A stretch of DNA of 64,000 nucleotides, taken from assembly GCA_951406725.2 (NCBI GenBank), contig OX597814.1:106392001-106456000 (forward strand), read 5' to 3'. Below, piece after piece: positions 27,641-40,348 of the stretch. Source of the stretch: Octopus vulgaris. Lineage: Eukaryota. Positions within the stretch are counted from its first letter, which is position 1. Each line of letters begins with the position of its first letter. Made by a program: the position numbers and the translations under genes. Below the pieces are notes generated by a model. That model had not been told where the DNA came from and did not search any database. It worked only from the letters and a program-made list of their open reading frames with translations.

Positions 27641-28539
27641 TAAATTTTATAAGAAATTGTTCTGCGATCTAGCGATTCTGTCTATTGTTTGTATAAAATT
27701 TAAATTAATTTTGTTACTAAAACAATTTATATAATTGACCCTCCATCAGATTTTGCATTTATTAGCTAATATTGTTGTCATAATGGCTCTTGTAAACTAC
27801 TGTTTTTGCTACTAATATTCTTGGGACTACTAATAGTTCTGAGAATAAATATCAGCGGAATTTTCTGTAAATTAAAACCTGGTTTTAATTTACTTTTATT
27901 TTGGGTTATTTCAATTTCTGTTTAACCAACCGAAATTGCAATAAAAATTTTATACTGTCGTCAGTGGTCTGAAAATCTCAATATTTTACCGACAGCTGTT
28001 GGACCAAAGCCGGTCTTCTTTCCGGCTTTCCTTTTTTTTTTCACGTAACTTTGGTTAATTTGACGGGGCCTGTCAAGAAATATTTTGAAGTAGAATTTGA
28101 AATAAAATTCCTCCCAAATGCAAATTCCTTCTCGCCTACAACGGACGTTATCATCATCTTCATAATCACCGTAGTTTTTGTTGTTAACATTCAATTTCTA
28201 AAGACACATTCGTGTGTTAAAGAGCCTGTAACTCTCTAATCGGGCTTCAATATTTGCATTCTGGTCTCACTAAAATATAACCCACCTAATAGTTTTCGTT
28301 TCACTAATCTATTGATTATGAGTTAGAGGTACAGTCATGGAGATTAAATTATTTCCAACAAACGCAAATTTAGCAATGGAATGTTTGGAACAATGTTGTA
28401 GCAAAGAGTAAAAAATGCTGGTACTGATCGCATAACTCACGAAAAGGATATTTCGCTTTCTGCTTTATAATATAGACAATATTCTGGAATAGTTTTTTGA
28501 GAAATTTTGCATCCTGCAGAATAATTTACACCCAACCAT

Positions 28540-29400
28540 GAAATTTGCACAGAAGACGTGTACTACAAAATTGCCATTTCTGTATATAATGGCGATCACA
28601 AATAACATCAAAATCATGATAGATATTTATATAATAAAGACGCACATACACATCCGTACGTGAGCTTTAAATCGAGCTAACCAGCACACGGAAAACGTAT
28701 CAATCTAAGCTGTGTTGCTAGGAAGATCTGTATCGTCGTTAGTGCTGAAAAGAGACAAACGATTCGCAGAACTGAAAGGTATTCAACTTGAACAAATACG
28801 TTCAACACCACCGTTCCAATTATCCAAAATGGTATGGAAAAGGGCAACATAAATACCTATAGAACACTTTCGGACAATCTAGGAACGAGAAACCTAAGAC
28901 CGGGTAACAGAAGCTTTTGTAGTGACACATAATCGAAGTTTGGAATATTTTTGATGTCACTAAATCAAACATGGCGATTATCAGACAAAGTAAATATATT
29001 AATGGATTTGATTACAGCTAGAACGCTGTTTCAAGCAAAAGACTACCGAAAAACTTAAAATAATTGTTAACAAAACAGCAACGATAAAAGCTCCGGCAGT
29101 ATTTAAGTGCAGTGAGAATCTCTGTGGTCCATATCAATTTATATGTTCTGGTTAATATATTAATACAAACACGGGAATTATTTAGCAAAAATATCGTATC
29201 AAATAACAGAATTGTAAAGAAATGTATATTTGTCAAACAGAATCTGTTACCGGAGCGCATGCCAAAAGCCCAAGCAGCAAATTATAGATTGTAGTATTAC
29301 ATGCATCGTATTAATTTCTCATCTGGAAACATGCTGCAGTATATTATTGTAATAGTCTCCATTTGTAAACTTTATGTCTCAAGCGAATTTAAAAGAACAA
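28540..29400 (+). mobile_element. Highly decayed PLE ORF remnant (thumb to GIY-YIG)
   Basis: Fragments FVVTHN, SKRLPKNLK*LLTK, CKEMYICQT (YIGQT-like). Confidence 0.55.
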
Positions 29401-29444
29401 AAGTAAAGAATTGTATTGAGATGGTCAAAGCAGGCGGAGACAAG

Positions 29445-29598
29445 GCTGTATAACATGCCTGCTTCCCAAACACATCATTACGGGTACAGTCCCACCGTGT
29501 GGCACCTTCGGTAAATGTTTTCGATGTACTCTAGCCTCGGGGCGAGCAAAGCCTTGTGAGTGGATTTGGTAGACGGCAACTGAAAGAAGCCCGTCGTA
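29445..29598 (+). mobile_element. SINE type C 5' part (tail-like piece resumes at 30318-30462)
   Basis: gccttgtgagtggatttggtagacggcaactgaaagaagcccgtcg. Confidence 0.75.
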
Positions 29599-29617
29599 TA
29601 TGTATATATATATAATA

Positions 29618-30124
29618 GTTAAAGAGGACAAACGTTAAGGCAAGGCAAACATCTCAAGTCATATAGATTATTATAATTGGAAAAAATTCAGTCTTACAGC
29701 TGATTCTGGGATATCCCAGAGTATGGGATATTCCGTCATCAAAGACAAATAGGGAAAAATAGAGAAATGAGAAGGGTATATATTAATGAAATGATGACAT
29801 ATCGGAAGAGAGTAAAGGAATAAGGAGATGGAGAGAGAGAAAAAAAAGAAGAAAGTTGAGCTATGAACATTTTGCTCTTTTTCTTTTCTCTTTCTCTCAC
29901 TTCATCTCCTTATTCCTTTACTCCCTTCCTCTATGTCGTCATTTCATTAATATATACCATTCTCATTTTCCCTATTTTTCCATATTTCTCTCTGATGATG
30001 GCATATCCCAAACTCGGGGATGTCCCAGAAACAGCTGTAAGACTTTGAATTTCTTTTTCCAATAATAATAATGTTTATGACTTGAGATGTTCACCTTGCC
30101 TTAATGTTTGCTGTCCCCTTTAAC
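29618..30124. mobile_element. Diverged fold-back element with an HHR in each arm
   Basis: 29618-29850 is approximately the reverse complement of 29868-30124; TA-rich flanks. Confidence 0.85.
29992..30039 (+). ncRNA. Hammerhead ribozyme (decayed mirror copy at 29695-29742, minus strand)
   Basis: CUGAUGA-UGG-CAUAUCCC(AAACUCG)GGGAUGUC-CCA-GAA-ACAGCUGU-A. Confidence 0.8.
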
Positions 30125-30684
30125 AAATATATATCCGCTACATCAGAAATCTGCCATGGTTCCGTAACTACCTTCTTAGCGACAACCTTGGAGCCCCAGT
30201 AATCCGTTACAGCACTTACCTAGCGTACCTAATTGTTTAGATCACCTCTGGACTAAAGCCCCATACTTTATATACATGCATGTATGTATATTTCCATATG
30301 TGTATGTGCCTCCTCCCTTAACTTAGCGGTTCGGCCAAAGACCGACAGGGAAAAAGAAACGGGGTTTTAAAACTAAGTGCTGAGTTCGATTCGTTCGACT
30401 AAAATTCTTCAAAGTATTACCCCAGTATGGCCGCAGTCTACTGACTGAAACAAATAAAAGAACCAGTCAGTTGATTTAAATATATATTGAGATTAATTTG
30501 AGCTTTGATATATTTTCAAGTAACACTCACCCGAGAATTCTTGTACTGGAGATATCTTAGAGATTATCTCCCTAAGGAAACATAAAGATGTCAGCATCCG
30601 GTTGCGCGAGATTTGGTTGACTAAAAGGTTATGTGTCTGCGCAATTTTGCAAACTGTGAATTAGTTATGAACATGAGTGTTTCA

Positions 30685-31727
30685 CTCTGTGTGTGTGTGT
30701 GTGTGTCTTTGTGTCTGTGTCTGTGTGTATGTATGTGTGTCTGTCTGTGTGTGTCTGTGTGTGTCTGTGCATGTGTGTGTCTGTGTGTGTATCTGTGTGC
30801 CTGTGCATGTGTGTGTGTCTTTGTGTGTGCGTGTGTGCGTATGTTTGTGTGTCTGTGTGTGTGTCTCTGTGTTTGACTGTTGTGTGTGTGTGTCTGTGTG
30901 TGTATCTCTGTGTGCGTGTCTGTGTCTTTGTGTCTCTGTGTGTCTGTGCATGTGTGTATGCGCGTGTGTGTGCCTCTGTGTGTCTGTGCATGTGTGCGTG
31001 TTTCTGCGTGCGTGTGTGCTGTGTGTGTATGTAATAATTACTTATTCGAAAGTTGATAGCGTTTGCTTTCTTCAGACATCCGTGCTATGCTCTAACAAAT
31101 AAAGTAAATCGTTGTCCCCGCGTCGTAGCACTCGTCGGGTCACTCGGTTTCTCCGGAGCATAAGGGACCGAGATCACAACGGGACGCTCGTCTGCCACAG
31201 GGTGACTCATTTACAGCTGAGTGCACTGGAGCAACGTGAAGTGTTTTTGCTGAAGCATACAGCGCACTACGCTGCCCGGGAGTCGAAATCATGATCTTGC
31301 GACCGGAAGGCAACACCCGAACCTCCTCTAGACCACGCGCCGTCACCGTTCTCTACAACACACAAAGGGATTGCATTGAAGACAATAGGCTCACATTTGT
31401 CTCAGTTTACTGTGCTGCCTGAATAAATACATACATATATACATATAAATGCCCATGTATGTGTGTATGTATGTATGCATGTATGTATGTATGTATGTAT
31501 GTATGTATGTATGTATGTATGTACGTATGTATGTATGTATGTATGTATGTATGCATGTATGTATGTATGTATGTATGTATGTGCGTATCTATGTATGTAT
31601 GTGTGTATGTACTATGCTATTATTCAGTTTTATCACAAGACTTCTTGCCAATAAAGACAGACCCGGTTTCTAACTTAGATCCAAGGCTCGTTCGTTAGAA
31701 TTTCAACATCAGCAAGGTATGCTATGG

Positions 31728-31760
<33 letters not shown>

Positions 31761-32095
31761 TGTATGTATGTATGTATGTATGTATGTATGTATGTATGTA
31801 TGTATGTATGTATGTATGTATGTATGTATGTATGTATGTATGTATGTATGTATGTATGTATGTATGTATACTTGTAGATTTGTATGTCTTGTTTTATGTA
31901 GTTACATACCTAGACATGTTCATATATACTTAAATTATAAACTTCTGCAAAGTTTTACAGATTTTTACCGTTCCAGTAATGGCTTGGATCTGTAGTCTTC
32001 GAATTAGCTTTCTCCCTTCTGGTTTTGAGAAACCTAATTTCTCAAGATTTTGTATGTATGTATGTATGTATGTATGTATGTATGTATGTATGTAC
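30685..32095. repeat. Cluster of (GT)n-derived and (TATG)n microsatellites
   Basis: Direct inspection. Confidence 0.9.
31140..31345 (-). mobile_element. Degenerate SINE (B-like)
   Basis: cagctgagtgcactggagcaacgtgaa matches the reverse complement of 36350-36375. Confidence 0.55.
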
Positions 32096-32725
32096 TACAA
32101 TATCGGTTTGCTGTTGATCAAAATTAGCATTTAAATAGAGCTGATACTTATTACCAATCGATAGTTCAAATACAATATTTACGATTGAGAACTACAATGA
32201 ACGGCTAGTAAATCATTTTTACGTCATTACCCATTGACAAGTAGCTCACACACACACAGAGTCGATATTACTATTAACAACACTCACTAATTTTATTTTC
32301 CATAACGGCCATCCTCTACAATTTCATCTATAATTGCCTTCCATTACACACTGCTTCATCTGCGGCGTGGCACTTTGGTGTAAATACATTCCCTGACCCT
32401 CTTGTTTCCTATTAAGGAATTGCCCCGAAAGTTAGATCGCTCTCCGCCTTTTTCAAGGACATTTACTTCCAAATGGAAATATATTGTGTATAGAAGATTA
32501 ACATTAAGGGGAATAATAATTAAATTAACCGATTTTATTCATTGTATTTCACTGTTAATTATATTAAGCCTTTAATTTCATCATCTGTTGCTTAAATTTG
32601 AATTCTCTCTTCCCCGTTAATATACATCATATTAGTCGTGTGTGTTTATATGTATATACATGTATATGTGTGTGTGTGTTACCTATAATTATATACATAT
32701 GTATATATACATATATATTTATATA

Positions 32726-32795
<70 letters not shown>

Positions 32796-32871
32796 CATAT
32801 ATATACTTGTGCATATATGTCTCTGTGTGTGCGTGTGTGCGTGTGTGCGTGTGTGCGTGTGTGTGTGTGTA

Positions 32872-34109
32872 CATAGATATGACAGAAGTAAATATACACC
32901 TTTATAATTATCAAAATTTATGTAAATCTGCAAGTGTACATTCGAATTATTTATTAATCGTTATAATATGAATATTTTATATATAGTAGACATGCCCTTT
33001 GTATTTTTCAATGGAAGGACTCTATTAGGCATGTTTCTGATCTGTTGACGAATATTCTCTTCAGGAATTTCTTGTCAAAGTTCATGCAGTAATCTCAAAG
33101 GATCTGGCTTTGAAAACGCTTTCTTGTTCTTTATATGAAGTGTCCTGTCCATTATGTTCCAGAGGAGTTCAATAGGGTTCATATCTGTTGATTGGCTTAG
33201 CCATGGAAGCTCTTTAATGTCATTCTCATCCAGCAAATCTTGGGTCATTTTAGTCGTGTGACAAGGAGCCCCATCTGCTATAAATAAAAACTTGTCGTTA
33301 ATCATTTCCCCATTGGAGACGTTTGGAAGGAGTCCTTTCTGCAATATGGATACATATTCATCTGTGTTTATATTTCCCTCACACTCCACCAGCTCTGATC
33401 AGCAATTACTCCAAATTGTTCCTCAGACCATCACAGAATAGTTGCCGTGTTTCATTGTTGGCTGCAATCTTTTCACATCAAATTCTTGATTACAGAGTCT
33501 CCAGACCCACACTCGACCACTGTTAGGAAATACAGCAAATCTGGCCCCATCAGAGAATATGGCAGTGTCCCAAAATGCTAATGGTCTCTCTCACTGGCGC
33601 AATCTTTTCTCCGCTTGAAGTTGGCTATTCGAAGAAGTGGCTTCTTTCTTGTTACTCTGTCTTAATAATTAAATATGTGGGAATACTTGAGAGCTGTTCT
33701 AGGACTAACATCAACTTGTTCTGCTAAGTCAAACGCCCTGCAATGAGGATTATCCTCCACATGTCTCTTAACAAAGAGAAGGATCCTGTCAGAGGGCTCT
33801 GGTTGATCTGAACGAGGTGATGTGGACTCCTTCTCCTCTCTGGTGAATTGCACAATCACCCTATTTACTGTAGAAAGCGGGATACGAAGGTTTTCTGCGA
33901 TTTTACACTATGTCCATCTTCAGAATGACCCACAATACGGCCTCTTTGAAATTCAGACAGTTCCAATGCGTCTTTTGTACATGGCATGATTCGATAGTCA
34001 CATATAGAAGCTGAAATACAAAAAATATCAATCAATAAAAAAATATAAATATTTACAAGAATAAACAAAACGATGTTTTATGGGGTGTCTATTTACTTCT
34101 GTCATGCAT

Positions 34110-34110
<1 letters not shown>
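32872..34110 (-). mobile_element. Decayed full-length Tc1 DNA transposon
   Basis: TIRs atgacagaagtaaata(t/g)acacc with TA on both sides; fragments ELSEFQRGRIVG, FIADGAPCHT, WLSQSTDMNPIELLW. Confidence 0.9.
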
Positions 34111-34148
<38 letters not shown>

Positions 34149-34423
34149 GAGATACATAGATACATACATACATACAAACATACATACATACATGCATGCA
34201 CGCATGCATGCATGCATGCATACATACATACATACATACATACATACATACATACATACATACATACATACATACATACATACATACATACATACATACT
34301 TGCATGCATGCATACATATATGTATACAGATGGATATGAAAATAGCAGAGAAGTAAAACTAGATCATTTCAATTTAAGAATGAATTTCATAAAATGATTT
34401 TAAATGTTATATAAAGAAAATGT

Positions 34424-34456
34424 TACCGGTTTCGATAAAGAATCACATCTCATCAA
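34424..34456 (-). ncRNA. Degenerate minimal hammerhead motif
   Basis: UUGAUGA-GAU(GUGAUUCUUU)AUC-GAA-ACCGGU-A. Confidence 0.5.
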
Positions 34457-34540
34457 ATAGTAAAAATTTGAAGTAAAAACAGTTTATCTTCTGTCTGGGG
34501 ATCAAAATTTGATTTGTATAAATCTCTAATCCTTTTTCAA

Positions 34541-34646
<106 letters not shown>

Positions 34647-35070
34647 GTAGGTAGGTAGGTAGGTAGGTAGGTAGGTAGGTAGGTAGGTAGGTAGGTAGGT
34701 ATGTGGGTAGATAGATAAATATGTTTCTTTTTTTAGCCACAAAAGGAGACATTATCCCAGTAAACACGAGTTAGCTCTAGGCGATATACCCGTCGAGCAA
34801 ACGAAAGTATAACGAAATAAAGATGAACATGAGGCTGTTAATGGTACTAAAACAATCATGTAAGTTAGTTATAAAGAAGTGAATAAAAATAAGCGGAGAA
34901 ACATGGAAGAAACAGAACAGATCATATCCTAACATCACAGTTGAGGGAAGAGAATATAAATAATACGTTACAGCTGTTTCTGGGTGCCGGTAATCAGTTA
35001 GTACAGTATTGTGCATTGTGCGTACACACACGCAAACAAACACACACAGATATATTGTGTATATAGATAA

Positions 35071-35128
<58 letters not shown>

Positions 35129-35165
35129 GGATGGATGGATGGATGGATGGATGGATGGATGGATG

Positions 35166-35241
<76 letters not shown>

Positions 35242-35932
35242 TATAGGGCCATTCGTAGAACAATGAATATTCTCTCGTTTTTGGATATTACTAATTTCTT
35301 ATAAATGTTTAATTAGAAGTGATAAATACCTTTTATAATGTTTTTAACGACTTATTTATAATTACGATGAATTTATTGATCATTTTTTTTTTTTCGTATT
35401 TCAATCTTCTAATTTGCTTCAAAAGCTCCAATTCAGAAGTTCCATTACTATATTTTGCGGTGAGCAATTTTAGTTATAAAACCGAATTTGTAACCAGATC
35501 AAAGAGGTCTTTCTCGCTATCTTAGTAATTCAATTATTCCCTTCACAAGTGTTTGACTTTATTTTGATGTAGCCTGTTTATACCTCTTTTTTCTTAACAA
35601 AAAAAAATTACTGTATTTTTACTCAAAACATCTAACGGAATATGATTCTTGGTTCTCAAATATACTGGAGCAATAAAAGAGCCAGACAGACAATAGGGTA
35701 AACAACGAAGAGGTGTGGGTTACCTCAGAATAGTATTTGGAGATTTTTGCATATAATAATAAATATTTTCAGCTGAATTTACAAAACTATAAATTTCGAC
35801 TTTACAGGCAATCACTGAAGTGAATTAACCATTTTTTAAATATACATATGCACACACGTACATGTGTGTGATTATGAATATGTACGTATGTGTGTGTGTG
35901 TGTGTGTGTGTATAGATATATGTATATATATG

Positions 35933-35959
<27 letters not shown>

Positions 35960-35963
<4 letters not shown>

Positions 35964-36081
35964 ATAGAAGGAGCTTCTACAGGACGAGAACTGTTTCATT
36001 CAAAAGAAATCATCAGGAAGCTTCCTGATGATTTCTTTTGAATGAAACAGTTCTAGTCCTGTAGAAGCTCCTTCTATAAAA
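35960..36081. repeat. Spacer-less 122-bp palindrome encoding an HHR on each strand
   Basis: 61-bp arms centred on ggaag|cttcc (36020/36021), with one mismatch. Confidence 0.9.
36019..36069 (+). ncRNA. Type-I hammerhead ribozyme with a looped stem III (mirror copy at 35972-36022, minus strand)
   Basis: AGCUUC-CUGAUGA-U-UUC(UUUU)GAA-U-GAA-ACAG(UUCUAGUC)CUGU-A/GAAGCU. Confidence 0.8.
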
Positions 36082-36150
36082 TAAATTAATTTACTCTGCT
36101 ATGTATTGAGTACCTTATTTACTGTGGTTAACCCCGACTCAACCCGGGAC

Positions 36151-36218
<68 letters not shown>

Positions 36219-36242
36219 TATACATACACATATATATATATA

Positions 36243-36577
36243 TAGGCGCATGGCTCAGTGGTTAGAGCGTCGAGCTTACGATCGTGAGGTTGTGAGCTCG
36301 AATCCCGGACCGAGTTGCGTGTTGCGTTCTTGAGCAAGGCACTTTATTTCACGTTGCTCCAGTTCACTCAGCTGTAGAACTGAGTTGCGACGTCACTGGT
36401 GCCAAGCTATATCGACCTTTGTCTTTCCCTTGGATAACACTGGTGGCGTGGAGAGGGGATGCTTGTATACATGGGCGACTGCTGGTCTTCCATAAACAAC
36501 CTCGATGGGCTTGTGTCTAAGAAGGTAACTTTCTAGGTGCAATCCCATGGTCTGTGTCGTGACCGAAGGGGGTCTCC
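36243..36577 (+). mobile_element. tRNA-derived SINE (head type B)
   Basis: tggctcagtggttagagcg A box, ctcgaatccc B box, cttgagcaaggcactt body. Confidence 0.85.
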
Positions 36578-36616
36578 GAATATATATATATGAGATATAT
36601 ATATATATATATATAT

Positions 36617-37511
36617 AACGGGAAGCTTTATGAAAATAGACAAAAGACGAAGGCAGGTGGAAAACAAACAAACAATTGTATTAGTATGGCGCTCAGGAAA
36701 TACAAATAAAACAAGTCTTTAACGTTTCGAGCCTACGCTCTTCAACAGAAAGATACACAGAGAAAAAAACACAGAAAGAAGGAGAGAAAAAAATGCGTGC
36801 AGTAACTAACGAATCAACATGGCGATCTGATTTCGGCCAGAGGTCAAAGATCAAACATGAGACGCGAGAGCGAAATAAGGGGAGATAATAGGGTTGATAA
36901 TAGGGTTGAATGACCCTAGGATAGGTCTGGACAGGCGTATGTATGGGGTTGGTGTATGTATTAGTATGTATTAGTACGTATTAGTATGTATAAGTGTGTG
37001 TGTGTGTGTATGAGAGAGTATAAGTGCGTATGAGGGGTCTGGACGTGTGTATGTATAGGGTTGGTGTATGTATTAGTATGTATTAGTATGTATTAGTACG
37101 TATTAGTATGTATTAGTTGGTGTATGTATTAGTATGGCACATCATATATGATGTGATGTGTAAAGTCGTGTGGTGTAGTGAGGAGAAGAGGGGAGGGGAA
37201 GAAGAAGGGGAGAGGGGGAAGAGGAGAGGATGGGGAGAGAGAGGAGGGGGAGGAGGAGGGGAAGGAGGAAAGAGGGGGGAGAAGAGGAGTGAGGGAGCAG
37301 AGGGAAGAGGGAAGGAGGGAGGGAGAAAGAGGGAAGAAGGGAAGGGGAGTAGGGGTGAAAGGATGAAGGACTGAAGAAGTAGGGGTCGAGGGGAAGGATA
37401 GGTGAGGAGGGGGGAGAGGGCGGTTAGATGAGGAGGGGGAGAGGGGGGTTAGATGAGGAGGGGGGAGAGTTGAGACCGAATGGCGTATAAGAGCGAAGAG
37501 AGAAGATTAAT
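36617..37511 (-). repeat. 3' pseudo-LTR of the PLE
   Basis: Near-identical to 40976-41862; contains gtattagtat minisatellite, a purine tract and an HHR. Confidence 0.95.
36715..36753 (-). ncRNA. Minimal type-I hammerhead ribozyme, CUGUUGA core variant
   Basis: Minus strand reads UCUUU-CUGUUGA-A-GAGC-GUAG-GCUC-GAA-ACGU-U-AAAGA: 5-bp stem I, 4-bp stem II, palindromic stem III. Confidence 0.8.
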
Positions 37512-39502
37512 TCCTGTTCACGGCGCAAACGGGAATCCGGATGGCCTCTGTGTAAGGACAAACCGAACACAGATAGGTGTTGCAAGGAGTGACCGGTGGA
37601 GCGGAAATGGCGTGAGACCGGTGTGTCGTTCGCAAGGTGGATGTCACGAAGGTGTTCCGCGAACCGGTCAGCCAAGCGGCGTCCCGTTTGTCCGATGTAC
37701 AAGGAATTGCAGAGAGAGCAAGAGACGCAATAGATAATATTGCTGGAGGTGCAGGTGAAGGAGTGGATGATGGGATAGGGTCGATTGTGGGTGCTAGTGA
37801 GGCGGGTGGTGTTGGAGAGGTAAGGGCAAGTGCGGCAACGTGGGCGGGAGCAGGGGAACGAGCCGGGTTGGGAGGTAGGGTCAGGGAAGGAGCTATGGAC
37901 CAAAAGGTCTCGAAGGTTGTGGGCTCGTTTGAAAGAGGGGAGGGGTCGGTTAGGGAAGAGGTGTGAAGTGGACGGGTCGGACTGGAGATGACGGAAAGCT
38001 CGAAGAATGGTGCGTTGGAGACGTAGGGTCGTGGGGTGGTAAGTGAGGGGAAAAGGGAGGCGGGAGACTACAGGGCGGGTTCGGGGAGAGAGAGCAGATA
38101 CACGGTCCACGGACCGTGCTCTGGCAAGGGCGGTGTGGATAGTGGTGAGGGGGTATCCACGTAGGGTGAAGTGGTGAGCCATACGTTGAGACTGAGTCTC
38201 AAAGTCATGATCGTCACTACAGAGCCTACGTAGACGGAGGAATTGGGAATAGGGGATGGAAAGCTTGGTGTGTTCTGGGTGGGAGGAAGAGAAGTTGAGG
38301 TATGAGTGTGAGTCTGTGTGTTTGTAGTGAATGGAGGTGGTAAGAGTGGAGTGAAGAATGCTAACCGAAATGTCGAGGAAGGAGACAGAGGTGTTGGAGA
38401 TAGTGGAAGTGAAGTGGAGGGCTGGATGGAAAGATTGGACGAAAGAGAGGAAGGAATGTAGATGTTCACGGGAGAGTGAGGTGGCACCGATAATGTCGTC
38501 AATGTAACGACCATATAGTTCAGGAGTGGGACCAGTGAAATTAGAGAATATTTGGGCCTCAACATAGCCAACGAACAGGTTCGCATAGTTGGGGCCCATT
38601 CGCGTTCCCATGGCCACTCCCGAGACCTGATGGTAGAACTCGCCCGCGAACGAGAAGCAGTTCAGAGTAAGGACAAGTTCGGCCAGACGAATGAGTGTGG
38701 AGGTGTCAGGTACAGGGTTAGAGCGGAGGTCAAGAAAGTGTCGAAGGGCCTGCAGTCCTTCGTGGTGAGGGATAACAGTATAGAGGCTTTGGATGTCCAT
38801 AGTAAAAAGGATTTTGGAGGAGCCGGGAGGAAAGGAGAAAGAGTTGAAAAGCCGGAGAGCATGGTTGGTATCGTGGATGTGGGAGGGAAGAGATGCCACT
38901 AGGGGGGCAAGGACACGGTCGAGGTATTTAGAGATGAGCTCCGTGGGGCAGTTACAGGCGGAGACGATGGGGCGGCCAGGGTTGTTGGGTTTGTGGATTT
39001 TGGGGAGGAAGTAAATGGTGGGGGTACGTGGGGTTCGCACAATTAGGTTGGATGCGGTGCGGGGGAGACGGGAGGACGAGATGAGGTCGCGGACAGTAGA
39101 GGATACCGTCTGTTGGTAGCTACGTGTGGGGTTAGAGGGCAGAGGGGAATAGAAGGAGGTGTCATTGAGTTGGCGGAAAGCCTCGGCCCTATAGAGGTCC
39201 GCGCGCCACACCACTACAGCTCCACCCCAGTCAGCCGGTTTGATGATAATGTCAGCGCGCCGTTGGAGGGAACGAAGAGCCAAGAGCTCAGCCGGGGAGA
39301 TGTTGAGGCGGCGTTGGCGCCTGGAGAAGTTGAACCGCTCCAATGCACGCTGACAAGCGCCCGCGAAAAGATCCACTGCTAGGATCTGGCCAGGGGCAGG
39401 CGTCCACGGGGATGGTCGGCGGCCCAGGCCAGTGAAGCAGTCCTCTTCGTTGGGTGTGGGTGGCGAGTCGTGGTAATGCGCACCCAACCGGACACGGCGC
39501 AC
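37424..39502 (-). CDS. PLE reverse transcriptase / GIY-YIG endonuclease (main uninterrupted frame; the true ORF extends upstream)
   Basis: Motifs YFLPKIHK, PGRPIVS, TMDIQSLYTVIP, GVAMGTRMGPNYANLF, YGRYIDD, FLDI, Cys cluster CSRPRCRTC, IIYCVSCSLCNSLYIGQTGRRLADRFAEH, terminal GLN. The same frame continues 5' through LSAAERSVLGRGLRFIP to ~39640. Confidence 0.95.
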   Translation of the reverse strand: MRRVRLGAHYHDSPPTPNEEDCFTGLGRRPSPWTPAPGQILAVDLFAGACQRALERFNFSRRQRRLNISPAELLALRSLQRRADIIIKPADWGGAVVVWRADLYRAEAFRQLNDTSFYSPLPSNPTRSYQQTVSSTVRDLISSSRLPRTASNLIVRTPRTPTIYFLPKIHKPNNPGRPIVSACNCPTELISKYLDRVLAPLVASLPSHIHDTNHALRLFNSFSFPPGSSKILFTMDIQSLYTVIPHHEGLQALRHFLDLRSNPVPDTSTLIRLAELVLTLNCFSFAGEFYHQVSGVAMGTRMGPNYANLFVGYVEAQIFSNFTGPTPELYGRYIDDIIGATSLSREHLHSFLSFVQSFHPALHFTSTISNTSVSFLDISVSILHSTLTTSIHYKHTDSHSYLNFSSSHPEHTKLSIPYSQFLRLRRLCSDDHDFETQSQRMAHHFTLRGYPLTTIHTALARARSVDRVSALSPRTRPVVSRLPFPLTYHPTTLRLQRTILRAFRHLQSDPSTSHLFPNRPLPSFKRAHNLRDLLVHSSFPDPTSQPGSFPCSRPRCRTCPYLSNTTRLTSTHNRPYPIIHSFTCTSSNIIYCVSCSLCNSLYIGQTGRRLADRFAEHLRDIHLANDTPVSRHFRSTGHSLQHLSVFGLSLHRGHPDSRLRREQELIFSLRSYTPFGLNSPPSSSNPPLPLLI

Positions 39503-40348
39503 AAAGCTGTGGACATCAACTCGCGTCTGGAATTCCTTACAGGATGGAGTGAGGGGGATGAAACGCAGACCCCTACCAAGGACGGAGCGTTCAGCCGCAG
39601 AGAGGGGAAGATCGGGGGGAATGGTAACAACAGACGGAAGTGTAGAAGGGGTGGGTGGAATAGAAGTAGGAGGGGTGGTAGGTCTCGTGGAGGTCTGAGG
39701 GGGAGGGATTGGGGAGGTGTGGGGGTGGTTGGGGGGGCAGTAGGGTTAGGTGTAGGTGATGGAGCATATCGGGAGGGGAGAAGGGGTTGTAGGGAGGGGC
39801 AGTGGGGTTAGGTGTGGGTGGATGGAGCCTATCGGGAGGGGAGAAGGGTGGTGGAGGAGTTGGGGTAGTGGCGTCGGGTAGGGTGGAATGGAAGAGTGAT
39901 TGGAGTTTACGAAGTTTGGTATCAGAAAGAAATTGATGGAAGAGTTGATTCAAATGGATAATGAAGCGTAGCCTTTTTGGAGCATAGAGAGGCGGCAGAG
40001 AGGAGAAGAAGGTGGAGAAAGCAGGAGGAAGAAGGCGGTTGATGGCATGTAGTTTAGAGAGATTGGAGCGAATGGTGGCCCGCATAAGGCGGTAAGATGT
40101 GGTGCGGAGTATGGGTAAGATGGAAGAATCCGAGTGGAGAGCAGGGTGGAAGTGGAGGCGGAAACCTTTAGGGATGCGTCGGTGATGTAGGCAGCGGCTT
40201 AGGAAAGAGACATGGCTAGAGAAGCGGGTTTTTTAAAAAGAAGTAGAGAGAGATTAACGGACGGCTGAAGGCAATATACAGGAAGTGAACGGAGATGATC
40301 CTTCAAACGGTGATGGAGGGTGAGGAGGTAGGACCTAGGATCCGGCAT
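39503..40348 (-). pseudogene. N-terminal part of the PLE ORF, interrupted by two frameshifts
   Basis: ATG at 40348 reads MPDPRSYLLTLHHRLK. After a shift at the A6 run (~40230) it reads TRFSSHVSFLSRCLHHRRIPKGFRL...MRATIR, a PLE-like N-terminus. A second shift lies in the Pro-rich homopolymer region 39640-39850. Confidence 0.75.

Noticed and set aside
40222-40242. Programmed -1 frameshift at TTTTTAAAAAAC in the PLE N-terminus
   Set aside because: In the upstream frame the codons are CTT TTT AAA AAA CCC, so no X XXY YYZ heptamer is in phase. A homopolymer indel is the simpler explanation.
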